Shown in pieces: positions 1 to 10,781 of a DNA stretch of 64,000 nucleotides (within the stretch, counting starts at the first letter, position 1; every line of letters starts with the position of its first letter). The notes beneath the pieces were generated by a model that ran no database searches, was not told the DNA's origin, and saw nothing but the letters and a program-made list of their open reading frames with translations. The translations under genes were made by a program, and so were the position numbers. The DNA is from Dehalococcoidia bacterium (GTDB lineage Bacteria > Chloroflexota > Dehalococcoidia > Plut-88900). Location of the stretch: positions 384,001-448,000 of the forward strand of contig CBDBLV010000005.1 of the NCBI GenBank assembly GCA_965207225.1. Reading direction: 5' to 3'.

Positions 1-2
1 TA

Positions 3-197
3 GTTGAGGCGAGTAGAGGATTCACAAACAAAAACTTTCCCTGCTTTATTCTGGGTAATCCCAAGGTAGGCGCGAAAACTCGGATGGACAATCAAAAGAT
101 TACAGCCAATGCCGATGGAACATACTCTGGCTCAGTTGACTTCTCAAAGAGCGGAGACTGCGCTTGGTTGCTACACAATGAAACAAGCTGGGAATAG
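3..197 (+). CDS. 3' end of a hypothetical protein running in from the left edge
   Basis: Frame 3 is open from the window edge to TAG 195-197 (VEASRGFTNKNF...HNETSWE*). The same frame stays open after the TAG to TAA 324-326. Confidence 0.35.
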   Translation, partial: VEASRGFTNKNFPCFILGNPKVGAKTRMDNQKITANADGTYSGSVDFSKSGDCAWLLHNETSWE

Positions 198-303
198 CCT
201 GGAATTCGTGATGAGTCACAGAATTCGAACGGCATCCGGGGCACAATGGTTAACGTTATTGTTGTCGGCCATAAAAATCTAAAGGTCTCGATAGGCATGC
301 ACA

Positions 304-355
304 GCAGGGGTAGTCGTAAGAAATAATGTAAGTATCCTGCTACGACTACCCCTGC
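304..355. repeat. 15-bp perfect inverted repeat, possible terminator or RNA hairpin
   Basis: gcaggggtagtcgta (304-318) pairs with tacgactacccctgc (341-355), 22-nt loop. Confidence 0.6.
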
Positions 356-411
356 ACCTTACTCCGTGACCAGTTGTCATGTGCATTAGGTTGAGGAGAA
401 CGACTGTCGGG

Positions 412-783
412 ATGGAGCTCAGTGAATTGTGGGCCTCGAACATTATCAAATATAGTGCACCTATCGTTACAACGGTCGTGCTCGTCTTGACCGTTTTGTT
501 CGTCTCCTATTACCTAATGCTGTGGCCATTCCAACCTAGATTGGAAGTGGATGATCCCGTTATCTCCGAATGGCTGCAGCAAGACGGAGTTGTCATTTAT
601 CGCACTGGTGAAAAATTGGCCGACAGTCGCATGTACATCACTGACGGTGAGAGAATCGAAGGTGGTTGTAGCTGGCAAGTTAGTGTTTCCGGGTCTGATG
701 ACTATGTAATCATCAGCAGAGAACTGGCCACAAACCACATTACATGTGAAACCTTGGTAGAAGAGGGCAGGCGGCTTGATTAG
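412..783 (+). CDS. Hypothetical membrane-anchored protein
   Basis: ORF 379..783; ATG 412 follows GAGGAG; one N-terminal hydrophobic helix (IVTTVVLVLTVLFVSYYLMLW). Confidence 0.55.
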   Translation: MELSELWASNIIKYSAPIVTTVVLVLTVLFVSYYLMLWPFQPRLEVDDPVISEWLQQDGVVIYRTGEKLADSRMYITDGERIEGGCSWQVSVSGSDDYVIISRELATNHITCETLVEEGRRLD

Positions 784-1159
784 CCTATAGGGCAGGAGTG
801 GATTATGCGGTTATTGCTCATATTGCCAGTCCATATGTTGGCCTGCACCTCCGGCTCTGGGTCCTGGGAGGCGCGTGCAGAACTGTACCAATACCTTGAC
901 AGGGTGCGACTATGCACGCAGAGAACAGGGCGCAATTCGAGCATTTGACAACTGTTACCTTTGCCCCGACAGCCTCTCGAGTGAATACTGGCCCCACTGT
1001 GCCCACTCCTACGAATGAGGAGTTGAAACAATACAGCTTTTCTTAGTTTGCGCCCAGGCTGGCCGATCTCTCGCGGACTAGCCGTTTCCTCCAGGGACAA
1101 CTTGACGAGCTAAATGCTATGGCGGTACCGGATGAACATAGAGACCTTCACGGTGACCT

Positions 1160-2185
1160 AATTGCCATGTGGGAAGCGGACATCGCTTGGGTGGAGGATT
1201 GGCTGGAGCCAACGCAGGACTACGTTGCGTATCTGTGGGCGTAAGATTGGGAGAGCATCGAGGAAGGGCCGCACGCCGTTGTCCTAGATGGGCCGGTGGG
1301 TGGAGTAGTAGTGCAGGTAGGGAGCGAGGCGGGCCGCCATGGTGACGGGCCGTCAGGCCCTGCGCTCCCACTCGAGGAAGAAGGCCCACCGTGCGCCGTC
1401 CCGCTCCAGGATGCCGAAGGCGTCGGGGTGTATCGAGCGCCTGGCCCCGAAGTAGCGGAAATACCGGGACGCCCTGTGTGGTGGGTCGAGCTGTGCGGTC
1501 TCCCAGCAGAGGCTGTGGGCCTGACGGGATAGTGCTCCAACGAACCCGTGGACGGCCACCCGTGTGGTTCAAGTTCCTGAGGAGCTGGCGGGTGCGCCTC
1601 CTGGACACGCTCCGCCAGTCTACAGCGTCGTTCGGAAGGGCGTTTCACCTCTTCCTGGCCTCTCCTACGGAGGTGCGGTCCCTGCGAGCCAGCGCCGCTA
1701 GTCCTCTGTCGGCCAGGGCAAGGCTTCATCCCGAGGACGGGGTGCGGATGACCAGCCCCAAACCCTCCAGTGGACGTACGACCTGGGAGGCCCGGGAGCG
1801 GGAGACGCCCATCAGGCCAGTCAGGTCCTCCAGGCCCAGCAAGGGCCACTCGGAGAGTAGGTCCAGGGCCCGCTTCTCGGCGGGCCGCAGCAGGACGGGC
1901 AGCAGGCAATCGGGGACGGCAGCACCTGGGTCGTGTGGGCCGATGGCCGGGGGCATGGATGTCCCCCGCAGTAGTGGTCTCTCGACGGGCAGGGCGCCCC
2001 TGGGCTGCAGTCGTACCAAGGCCTCTTAGAGGGTCACCGTGCGGTTGAAGGATCCCTGGCGCCACACCGAGGCGTCTGGGCCGGCCCGCGGCCGCGTGGG
2101 TCTCTAGGTAAAACAGGGCCAGGACGGTAGTCCTGGCCAACAGACTGCGGGCATGGCGCAGGCGCACCTCGTCGAGCATTATCAT
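1160..2185 (-). pseudogene. Frameshifted/nonsense-disrupted replication-relaxation-like gene, paralog of 2658..4679 (boundaries approximate)
   Basis: Fragments in different frames match the C-half of the neighbour: LRPAEKRALDLLSEWPLLGLEDLTGLMGVS vs LSGAEKDALDLLSAWTLSTREQLAGLMGG; IHPDAFGILERDGARWAFFLEWERRA* vs IHPDVSFTLEYKGRWHPHLLEFERRA. Confidence 0.75.
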
Positions 2186-2657
2186 GAGAATGGCTCAGTT
2201 ACGCGGCGAAACCGGTGACAACCCAAGCCCCATTGGGGGATAAGAGCAGGGCGATTCCACCAGTGAGCCTCTATGTCCAGGCGACGCTGGCAGGGTCTCG
2301 GCTCTGCAACAATTGTCCCGTTTCGACCTGTTGGGGGCTGACACCGTAGGTGTCGGGTGGCCCTTTAGTCCCCCTATAGGAAGCCGCAGGAATGGACTGT
2401 GACCATGGGTCGGATGTCCTCCGGCGGCCATGATGGGGTTATTCATAGAGGTGCCCGGTGATGAGGACGTAGCTACTATCCAAAGCTGACGGGCAATGAA
2501 GAAGTGGGGTTGCCGTAATGTCCCCTGACGTGTCAGTCCTGCACCAAATTGCAGTCGGGAGGGTGCAAGGTACATGAGGGGATGCAAGTTGCAGGAAAAC
2601 GGGCCAGGTAGCCATGCCGGGAGCCCCCTACAGGAAGTGGCGGCAACGGACTGGTGG

Positions 2658-4679
2658 TCATGTTGCAATCTCGTCCAGGGCGGATAGCGGCCTTCTGTCC
2701 AGGGAGTAAGGAGGCGGAAGTATCCATGCCTCCCCGAGGATTCCATGTTTCGCAAGGGTCTCTGTGTTGGATGTGATGATGGGGACTCCGTCCACCGTGT
2801 CGGAAACGTCGAGAAAGGCGTTTTCGTTTTCGGGGGACTCGAAGATGAAGAGCACCCGGGGCAGTAGTCCCTCGTGGTCTTGCTCGGCCCATCCGGTGGC
2901 GAAGTAGCGTCGGTAGGACCGTAGTCTGGAGTGCGCACGCTTCGGGGTCGTGGCCCTCCTCTCGAACTCCAGCAGGTGGGGATGCCACCGTCCTTTGTAT
3001 TCCAGGGTGAAGGAGACGTCGGGGTGGATGACGTAGGTGGTCCAGTCAAAGCGGTAGCCGATGCTGGATCGGGACGTGGGAAGCAGGTCCCACATATCAT
3101 AGTCGTGGGAGCGGGCGACCTCGGCGGACAGGGCGGAGACGAAGTCGATGACGCCGGCATGGTGTTGCATCTGGGAGGCCAGGGCTCGCAATGCGGTTCC
3201 GCCGTAGGCGGTGGGGTTGGAGTACAAAGGCTGTGCACTCCATTGGTCGAGGGTCAGTCCCACGGCGGCACGGTCCCTGCGGGCCAGGTAAGTCAGTCCC
3301 TCGTCGGTGAGCATGTGCAGGGGCCCGTCAGTCCGCACGAGGCCGTGCTGGGCCAGGGAATGGAGCACCTGGTTGACACGGCGGAGGGTGACCCCTCCCA
3401 TGAGTCCTGCCAGCTGCTCCCGGGTGGACAGGGTCCAGGCTGAGAGCAGGTCGAGGGCGTCCTTCTCGGCGCCGCTCAGCTGCACCGAGAGGGCCGGCGT
3501 GAGTTGCTGGGTGGGATCCGGCATGGTGGCCAGCACGTCGGAGGGATAGAGTTCGGCAGAATTCGGATACGAGCTTTTGCCGAGGAAGGAGTAGGACGTG
3601 TCCAGCAGTTGCTCCGCCCAGGCCAGTATGCCGGTAAGGGAGGCGTCGGCGCCGATGCGCACGGGAGGGTCATTGCCCAGGCCGCTCCCGCACTGCTGCC
3701 AAACGACTCCTTTGCGGCCTCCGGCCAGAAGCTTCCCCTCCGTAGTCACGAAGGTTCTGTGGTGCTCCCACGGGTCGCCCAATGAGCGGAAGGCCCTCCG
3801 GGTGGCCTGGTCAGCGTGGGTCACGACAAGGGTGACGAAGGGAGTCTCGCTGCTGTCCAGCCTCTCGATGCTCCTGAGGCGGTAGCGGAGCCTGGAGGTG
3901 GGCAGCGTTGGACCCTGCCGCACCACGCCGATGCTGCGGCCCCCGGAGAGGGTGAGGAGCATGTCGTAGGGGCCGTTGCGGTAGTGGTCCACCCTCACGG
4001 AGTCATCGTGCGGGTCGGCGTCGGCGACCATGGCGGCGACGCGGTGGAGCACGGAAACGGCGTCCAGACGCTCAGCAAGCAGCCGAAACCACTGCTTCGA
4101 CACCGGGTACGACCGAAGCATGTGCTCCTCACCCTTGGTGGCCATGCCTCCGGCGGTCACACCCTTGGCCGTGGGAAAGTACCGGCGCTGCGGACGAGTC
4201 CCCAGGACGCTCAGGTGGTGCAGTACTGAATCCACGAGGCCCCGCTCGGTCAGCCTCTTCAGCCGGTCTCGGAGCGTCGAGGCAGGGATTCGCCCGAAGC
4301 TGGACAGCTCCTCCACGGTGGCCAGGGGCGTGGCGCAAAGCAGCAGGAGCGCCTGCTCAAGGCCCTGGCGCAAGTGACGGAGGGCAGGGTCCGGCCGCAG
4401 GCCCTCCAGGTCGATGATGAGCTTCATAGTGGCGGCTTCGACCGCCCGCACACTGCCGCTGAAGGAGCTCAGGACAGCGTTGGGTACGGCACGCCCTCCG
4501 TAACGCCGTTTGAGGAACCGCCACAGGCTGTGGCGGGACACACCGAGGGTTTCGGCTGTCTTACCTTGTCCATGTAGCCGGACGTGGGCGCGCACGTAGT
4601 CCCGGACCGCTCCCTCTAGGTGCGGTCCGGTCTGTGTGGAACCGTTTAACGGTCGTGCCCGTTGCTCTGCGAGGACCAA
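2658..4679 (-). CDS. Replication-relaxation (Replic_Relax)-like protein: N-terminal HTH plus two wHTH/PD-(D/E)xK-like modules
   Basis: 673-aa ORF; HTH-like GKTAETLGVSRHSLWRFL; two wHTH-like segments ending YFPTAKG and MLTDEGL; C-terminal IHPD...LLEFER...RLRSYRRY...PRVLFIF pattern. Confidence 0.7.
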   Translation of the reverse strand: MVLAEQRARPLNGSTQTGPHLEGAVRDYVRAHVRLHGQGKTAETLGVSRHSLWRFLKRRYGGRAVPNAVLSSFSGSVRAVEAATMKLIIDLEGLRPDPALRHLRQGLEQALLLLCATPLATVEELSSFGRIPASTLRDRLKRLTERGLVDSVLHHLSVLGTRPQRRYFPTAKGVTAGGMATKGEEHMLRSYPVSKQWFRLLAERLDAVSVLHRVAAMVADADPHDDSVRVDHYRNGPYDMLLTLSGGRSIGVVRQGPTLPTSRLRYRLRSIERLDSSETPFVTLVVTHADQATRRAFRSLGDPWEHHRTFVTTEGKLLAGGRKGVVWQQCGSGLGNDPPVRIGADASLTGILAWAEQLLDTSYSFLGKSSYPNSAELYPSDVLATMPDPTQQLTPALSVQLSGAEKDALDLLSAWTLSTREQLAGLMGGVTLRRVNQVLHSLAQHGLVRTDGPLHMLTDEGLTYLARRDRAAVGLTLDQWSAQPLYSNPTAYGGTALRALASQMQHHAGVIDFVSALSAEVARSHDYDMWDLLPTSRSSIGYRFDWTTYVIHPDVSFTLEYKGRWHPHLLEFERRATTPKRAHSRLRSYRRYFATGWAEQDHEGLLPRVLFIFESPENENAFLDVSDTVDGVPIITSNTETLAKHGILGEAWILPPPYSLDRRPLSALDEIAT

Positions 4680-5387
4680 TTGCCTTATCCAGTCGACTAT
4701 CGTTCAACATCGTATTTTGAAGGGGAAATTGGTCAAAAATAAGGCCTTGCAAGACATTGTGTGGGAGGTGGTTTGGTGGTAAAGGCCGATGTCAGGAAAA
4801 GTGTACAGGCTTTCTCACAGAGGGCAGTGGAGAGTTGCATCTTGGAGCCTGGGACTTCCCTAGGCCCTGGAATCAGAAGAGAATAAGCGTGGAGAATGGG
4901 GTGCGGAAAATAGCCGGTTCGTCTGGCTTGGGTCTATCCCTTCATGGTTAGAATCCCTCTGCCGGAATTCTTGGTTCGGAATAGTGGAGTTTCCGCCTTT
5001 TCCAATACAAGAGCCCATCTCCACTTGTTTAACTGGCTGAGCAACCGCACATTCTCGTACACCATGCAAATGGAATTGCCACACGTAAAGAACAGCCTAA
5101 TACCGTCCGCAATGCCTTCATCCTTTGCGACATAGGCGGAGAGATTCCTGCCTGCCTCGGCGGAGTCCAGCATTTCAATGTCGTGCCACTTATGCTCAAG
5201 GCGTGTTAGGTGCAATCCATTTCAGCGGGGCCCCCGACTTTCCCTTTAGTCAAATGTGAGCCGGGCCTATCTGGGCACTCAACGTATCTTGTTCATCGAG
5301 CGGTGTACAATGCAATCGCAGTCATCTCAGGGATTGACCTTAATTCATCCAGATATACACTAATCCTAGCAAGGATATAATGAATAT

Positions 5388-8300
5388 ATGGACTTCAACT
5401 GGAAGGGAATCCACTCGCTAGAAGGCTCTCAAGCAAAGGCATTCGAGGAATTATGTGCACAACTTGCTAGCGTCGAAACACCGGACGGAGCGAGTTTCAT
5501 CCGAAAAGACTCCCCGGATGCCGGAGTCGAGTGCTTCTGTATTCTAACTGACGGTAGCGAATGGGGCTGGCAGGCAAAGTACTTCTGCGAACCACTCACT
5601 CAGTCCCAGTGGTCGCAACTTGACAAATCTGTCAAGACGGCTCTAGACAAGCACCCCGCCCTCGCACGTTATTACGTTTGCATTCCGACGAATCTGCCAG
5701 ATGCACGTGTCCTTGGTAAGAAATCTGCGCTGGATCGATGGAACGATCATGTTACCAAGTGGGAAGAATGGGCTCAAGAGAGGGGAATGAGCGTTCGATT
5801 CATCAGGTGGGATTCATTCGAGCTGGTCAAACTACTCTCCAAACAGAGTGAAGCCGGACGTCGGTTGTTCTGGTTCGGAGATGTCGAGTTCAATCAATCT
5901 TGGTTCAAAGACCGGCTAGCAGAGGCGATTGACTCGGCCGGCCTAAGATACACACCGGAACTTCACATAGAACTGGATATTGCGCGCCAGTTGTATTTAT
6001 TTGCTAGGACCAAGAGTGCTATCGAAGGGGTCAAATTTTTTGCCCGAGAAATAAGGCGTAAACTCCGTGGCATAGCTTCCTTGAGGGCAAGCAATAGTAG
6101 TCTTCCGGATGATGTAGATTTGAGCGAACTCCTACAAGTGGGAGGCGGCATCCTCAAGGGGTTCGAGAAGCTCCACTACGTACCTGTTGGTGAGATGCCT
6201 CTAGCCCACATTATCGATGACATTAACAGAGCCGATTCAATTGCGGAGGGTCTCATAAATCAATTGTGGCGGCTTGAAAGCGACCATGAGGCTCAGCAAG
6301 CGATAAGCAAACAGGAGAGGTTATATCAGTCCAATCCATTCGCGACCTGGACCTACCACTTTTCCCAACTTCAAAATACGTTGAGCGAAACAGGAACTCG
6401 TCTCTCCCAGGCATGTAAGTTCGTTAACAATCGCCTTATGATAATCAAAGGCGATGCGGGCAATGGGAAAACTCACTCGCTATGTGACTTCGCCAAAGAG
6501 TGTCTGGACTCGGGCATTCCCGCTGTCCTGCTATTGGGTCAATGGTTTTCCCGGCCAGGCGAGCCTTGGACGCAGCTGCTCCAACAGGTTGGGCTGAACG
6601 GGAAGTCACCAGACGAGCTTATTGGAGCATTGGAAGCTGCGGCGCAGGCTTCCAACTCCCGTGCCATTCTGATAGTGGATGCTCTGAATGAGGGGCGTGG
6701 CCCTGAGATTTGGCCAGGGCATCTAGATGCCTTCTTGTCTCGTATTGCGCAATCTCCGTGGATAGGTGTCGTAATTTCCATCCGTTCATCCTACGAAAAT
6801 GATTTGCTATCTAGGGCGATCAGTGACCGGGCGGCAGTGGCGATTCACGATGGCTTTTCAGGGCAAGAATATGAAGCTGCGACAGGGTTCTTCTCTCATT
6901 ATGGAATTGAGTTTCCATCCACCCCATTGTTGCAACCGGAATTCCAAAGGCCACTATTCCTCAAGATCCTCTGTGAGGGCTTGCATCTAAAGGGAATGCG
7001 AAGAATGCCGAAGGGGTTCCAAGGCATTACGGCGGTGTTTGGCCTCTACCTAGACGCCGTAAACGAGAGGCTCGCTAAGCGTTCCCGTCTCGACTACGAC
7101 GCGGGAGAGAACTTGGTCCGAAAAGCCTTGAATGCACTTGCAGAAGAGCGAGTCCGGACAAAGAGCGCTTTTGTCGCGAAAACGCGCGCCCAAGAGCTCG
7201 TAGACGAGCAATTACCGGGAAGGACATTCAGTACATCCCTTTACCATGGCTTGATCACCGAGGGTGTCTTAATGGAAGACATCGTCTGGTGGGATAGTGA
7301 GACTTCGGACAACGTTGTCTCCATCACCTACCAGCTATTCGAGGATAATATAGTTGCAGATTTTCTGCTGCGAACATACATAGATAAAGCAAACCCCAAG
7401 GCTGCATTTGCCCCTGACGGAGGATTAGCTTATCTCTGTGACAAGAAGGAATACCCAAACTCCGGTCTTATCGGAGCTCTTTCCATTCAGGTGCCTGAGC
7501 ATACTGGTTGCGAACTTCTCAGGATCGCTCCGAAGCTTTGGGATAACCCAAGAATTGGAAAGGCATTCCTAGGAAGCATAGTTTGGAGGAGCCTTGATGC
7601 CTTTTCTCAGGATACCCTAGACCTCCTCGACGAGCTAATCGACGGCCAAAAGATTTTGGATGACCCTCTTGACTCTATTCTCAGTATTTCGACTATTCCT
7701 GGGCACTACCTAAATGCCACATGGTTGGACGATAGGCTTAGACAGAAATCCATGGCTGAACGAGATTCGAGGTGGAGCATTTATCTGCACCATACCTGGG
7801 GAACCAAGGGCCCGGTGGACCGGATACTCGATTGGGCTTCTCGCCTACCGGCGAATGACCAAGTTGAAGATTCGGTGGTGGACCTCGCAGCCATTACTCT
7901 GACATGGATGCTCACGACTTCCAACCGTGCATTGCGGGACAAGGTTACTAAGGCCTTGGTCACGTTGTTGACCGGTAGGCTTGAGTCCACGGTACGCTTG
8001 GTTGCTCGGTTCTCAAATGTGGATGACCCCTACGTCACGGAACGGCTGTATGCCGCCGCATACGGGGTTTCCATGCGTAGTCATGAATCCAATGAGGTAA
8101 GTGAACTCGCTACATTGGTCTACAACAATGTATTTGGATCAGGAAGACCTACTGCTCATATTTTACTTCGCGACTATGCGCGTGGCGTTGTTGAAAGAGC
8201 CGTGTATCTCGGGGCGCGATTGGACATTGATGAACGGTTAATTCGACCCCCTCATCACAGCGATTGGCCGGACATCCCGAGTGAAGAGTCCCTTGAGTCA

Positions 8301-9911
8301 CTAAGGCCCAATCACAGCGAGGGTACATTGTCTGCTAGCGGCTCAGAATGGGCCAAGCACCGTATCTGGTGGTCCGTTATGGAGGATGACTTTGCCCGCT
8401 ACGTCATTGGAACGAATTTCGGTAACAGCAATTGGCTCTCACTTCGACTCGATGAGGCCCCATGGCATTCCCCTGACGAACGACTCGAGACATTGATTGG
8501 GGAGTTTGACAGGCCTGCAAAAGCGGCTTGGACAGACTGGAGCAATGCGAAATCAGGTCTATCCATGGCTCGCCTCCAGGTAATTCAAGGAGAGTTATCC
8601 GAAGATGAATGGGAAGAAGCGGCAAAGCGAGTGGAAGGGCTTCGTCGGAGAATGATGCGATTGCTCACCGTAGAGCAAGAATCTGCATTGCAGGCCATCG
8701 AGAATGCTAGAAAAGCAAGTTCGCCAAGCTTCGATCTGAGCCAAATACAGAGATATGTCGCCTGGAGAGTATTCGACCTTGGATGGACCACTGAACGATT
8801 TGGGAAGTTCGATACCCGTGGTATCAACTATACTGGCATGGTCGCTCCCAAGACCGAGCGGATAGGCAAGAAATACCAGTGGATCGCATTCTACGAGATA
8901 CTTGCCTATATCGCTGACCATTTTCAGTACCGTGAGCAAACAGCTGATGATGTGCGACCTTATAGAGGGCCCTGGCAGGAGCACCTGAGAAACACTGACC
9001 CATCGTGCACGGTAGAGTCTACGCCTGGCGGCAAGTCTTGGTTGCCCCACGAGCAGTCATGGTGGAGCAAAGCCGCCTACACCGACTGGCAAGAAAACAG
9101 TACTCATGTGGAGTGGCTCAACCGGGATGAGGGACTTCCCAACATTGATGACTTATTGAGAGTTACCCGTCCTAGTGACGGTAGCAACTGGATCAGCGCA
9201 TATGGCAACTTCATCTGGTGGCAACCCCTTACAATTGATATCGAGCCGGGGGAAGCTGACCAGAGAAAGCTGGAAGTGGGAGTCAAAGGCTACCTTGTGA
9301 AACGCCAAGATGCCGACTCATTCATGGAGTGGGCCGAGACAGTTAGTAATTGGGGATTGTGGATGCCGGGTGAACTCCACTCGAGCAGCCTGTTCCTTGG
9401 TGAATACGGCTGGTCGCCGGCCTATAGGCATTTGAACGCTCCTTACTATGGAGGGGGAGATTGGCCTCGACCGAGTGGTTGTCCGGTCGCCGTTCAACCA
9501 CTCGCATGCAAATATTTTGTAGAAGCCAGCTCCGATTTTGCTGTGGACGAAGGCTTTACTTTGCATCTACCTCATCCCGAATTTGTTGACTGGGCCGAAG
9601 TCAAATGGCTTGGTAAGGGCGCTGACTACAGAGACTGGCAAGGCAAAGTCGGGGCTTTCGACCCGACTGCCCACGAGGCAGGCCCTGCGGCTTTGCTGCT
9701 GCGCGAAGATCTGCTAGATACATTTCTGTCCAAGAATGGGCTAGTGCTTTGCTGGACGATTTCTGGAGAAAAGTTGGTATCACTCAAAGGATGGAGACCC
9801 AACGATGTCGGCTATACAGTAATTGCAGGTGCATACCGATATAGTGCGGGAGAGCCGAAGGGTTTCCTCAATTTCGAACATGTGAGGCCGAGCATTGCAA
9901 CTGGAACCTAG
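5388..9911 (+). CDS. avs2: Avs2-like anti-phage STAND/NACHT NTPase with N-terminal Mrr-like PD-(D/E)xK nuclease
   Basis: 1507 aa; N-terminal AFEELC...DAGVEC...GWQAKYF nuclease motif; Walker A GDAGNGKT; Walker B ILIVDALNE; C-terminal ERIGKKYQWIA motif that I recall from Avs2-like proteins. Confidence 0.7.
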   Translation: MDFNWKGIHSLEGSQAKAFEELCAQLASVETPDGASFIRKDSPDAGVECFCILTDGSEWGWQAKYFCEPLTQSQWSQLDKSVKTALDKHPALARYYVCIPTNLPDARVLGKKSALDRWNDHVTKWEEWAQERGMSVRFIRWDSFELVKLLSKQSEAGRRLFWFGDVEFNQSWFKDRLAEAIDSAGLRYTPELHIELDIARQLYLFARTKSAIEGVKFFAREIRRKLRGIASLRASNSSLPDDVDLSELLQVGGGILKGFEKLHYVPVGEMPLAHIIDDINRADSIAEGLINQLWRLESDHEAQQAISKQERLYQSNPFATWTYHFSQLQNTLSETGTRLSQACKFVNNRLMIIKGDAGNGKTHSLCDFAKECLDSGIPAVLLLGQWFSRPGEPWTQLLQQVGLNGKSPDELIGALEAAAQASNSRAILIVDALNEGRGPEIWPGHLDAFLSRIAQSPWIGVVISIRSSYENDLLSRAISDRAAVAIHDGFSGQEYEAATGFFSHYGIEFPSTPLLQPEFQRPLFLKILCEGLHLKGMRRMPKGFQGITAVFGLYLDAVNERLAKRSRLDYDAGENLVRKALNALAEERVRTKSAFVAKTRAQELVDEQLPGRTFSTSLYHGLITEGVLMEDIVWWDSETSDNVVSITYQLFEDNIVADFLLRTYIDKANPKAAFAPDGGLAYLCDKKEYPNSGLIGALSIQVPEHTGCELLRIAPKLWDNPRIGKAFLGSIVWRSLDAFSQDTLDLLDELIDGQKILDDPLDSILSISTIPGHYLNATWLDDRLRQKSMAERDSRWSIYLHHTWGTKGPVDRILDWASRLPANDQVEDSVVDLAAITLTWMLTTSNRALRDKVTKALVTLLTGRLESTVRLVARFSNVDDPYVTERLYAAAYGVSMRSHESNEVSELATLVYNNVFGSGRPTAHILLRDYARGVVERAVYLGARLDIDERLIRPPHHSDWPDIPSEESLESLRPNHSEGTLSASGSEWAKHRIWWSVMEDDFARYVIGTNFGNSNWLSLRLDEAPWHSPDERLETLIGEFDRPAKAAWTDWSNAKSGLSMARLQVIQGELSEDEWEEAAKRVEGLRRRMMRLLTVEQESALQAIENARKASSPSFDLSQIQRYVAWRVFDLGWTTERFGKFDTRGINYTGMVAPKTERIGKKYQWIAFYEILAYIADHFQYREQTADDVRPYRGPWQEHLRNTDPSCTVESTPGGKSWLPHEQSWWSKAAYTDWQENSTHVEWLNRDEGLPNIDDLLRVTRPSDGSNWISAYGNFIWWQPLTIDIEPGEADQRKLEVGVKGYLVKRQDADSFMEWAETVSNWGLWMPGELHSSSLFLGEYGWSPAYRHLNAPYYGGGDWPRPSGCPVAVQPLACKYFVEASSDFAVDEGFTLHLPHPEFVDWAEVKWLGKGADYRDWQGKVGAFDPTAHEAGPAALLLREDLLDTFLSKNGLVLCWTISGEKLVSLKGWRPNDVGYTVIAGAYRYSAGEPKGFLNFEHVRPSIATGT

Positions 9912-9971
9912 ACCTAGATTAGCGAAGTCCTTTGGTGTAGCCCCCCAAGACTTCGAAACCCAGACTGGTGA

Positions 9972-10700
9972 ATGCCCATAAAGATGAAGGGCAAGGTGGC
10001 AATTGTCACCAGAAGGGACAGGGGAATTGGCGATGCGATTGCGAGGCTCCTCGCCTCGTAGGGAGCCCGCGCCACCATCGGGGATATCCGAGCTAAAGAA
10101 GGCCGGAGAGTGGCTAGGGAAATAAACGACAGTGGGGGGACAGGTCCTGTTCGTCACTCTCGATGTCATCCGAGAGGAGGACCGGGAGGCTGCCATCGGG
10201 ATTGTGGTAAATGAGCTCCGCAAGCTGAACGTCCCAATTAACAACGCCGTAATCCACAGCCCCGAAATCGTGTACGAGACGAGCCTTGATACGTGGGAGC
10301 ACTCGATGGCGGGCCACGTCACGGTCCTCTTCATAGGGACCAAGCTCGCCATCCCGGAGATGAAGACGACCTGTGGGGGCTCGATAGTGAACATGTCCTC
10401 CGCTTTCGGTATTGTAGCGACCTACGAGGCCGCGGACTACACGGCATCCAAGGGAGCATTAAGAATCCTGACAAAAGCCACCGCGGCTCTATAAGGCAGG
10501 TATAACATACGGTCTATTTCCATCCATCCGGGTCCAATAGACACCTGTATGCCGGGTACCAGGACACTCCACGACCTGCCCGTAGGACGAATGGGACGTC
10601 CGGAGGGAATAGCAGAAGGAGCCCTGTACAGGCCTCCGACCAGTCCTCCTTCATGACTGGGATCGAACTGCCCATCGATGGCGGCAAGATCATCGTCTAG
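9972..10700 (+). pseudogene. Short-chain dehydrogenase/reductase (SDR) pseudogene
   Basis: MKGKVAIVT-RRDRGIG (degenerate TGxxxGIG), GSIVNMSS, YTASK and HPGPIDT motifs are interrupted by in-frame TAG/TAA stops and frameshifts. Confidence 0.85.
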
Positions 10701-10781
10701 GGCCTGGGACGGCAGATGACGTAGGCAGAAATTACTGCCGGAAAACTCTTACTAAAAAACGTGACAATTCGACGGGGAGGT

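Noticed and set aside
1220-2185. 321-aa ORF as a real protein
   Set aside because: Low-complexity Arg/Pro/Gly translation; the homologous coding signal is split across other frames.
4934-5215. 93-aa ORF with faint PaREP1/HEPN-like resemblance (IRLFF...NS...YEN)
   Set aside because: Similarity is too weak to support by eye, and there is no clear RBS.
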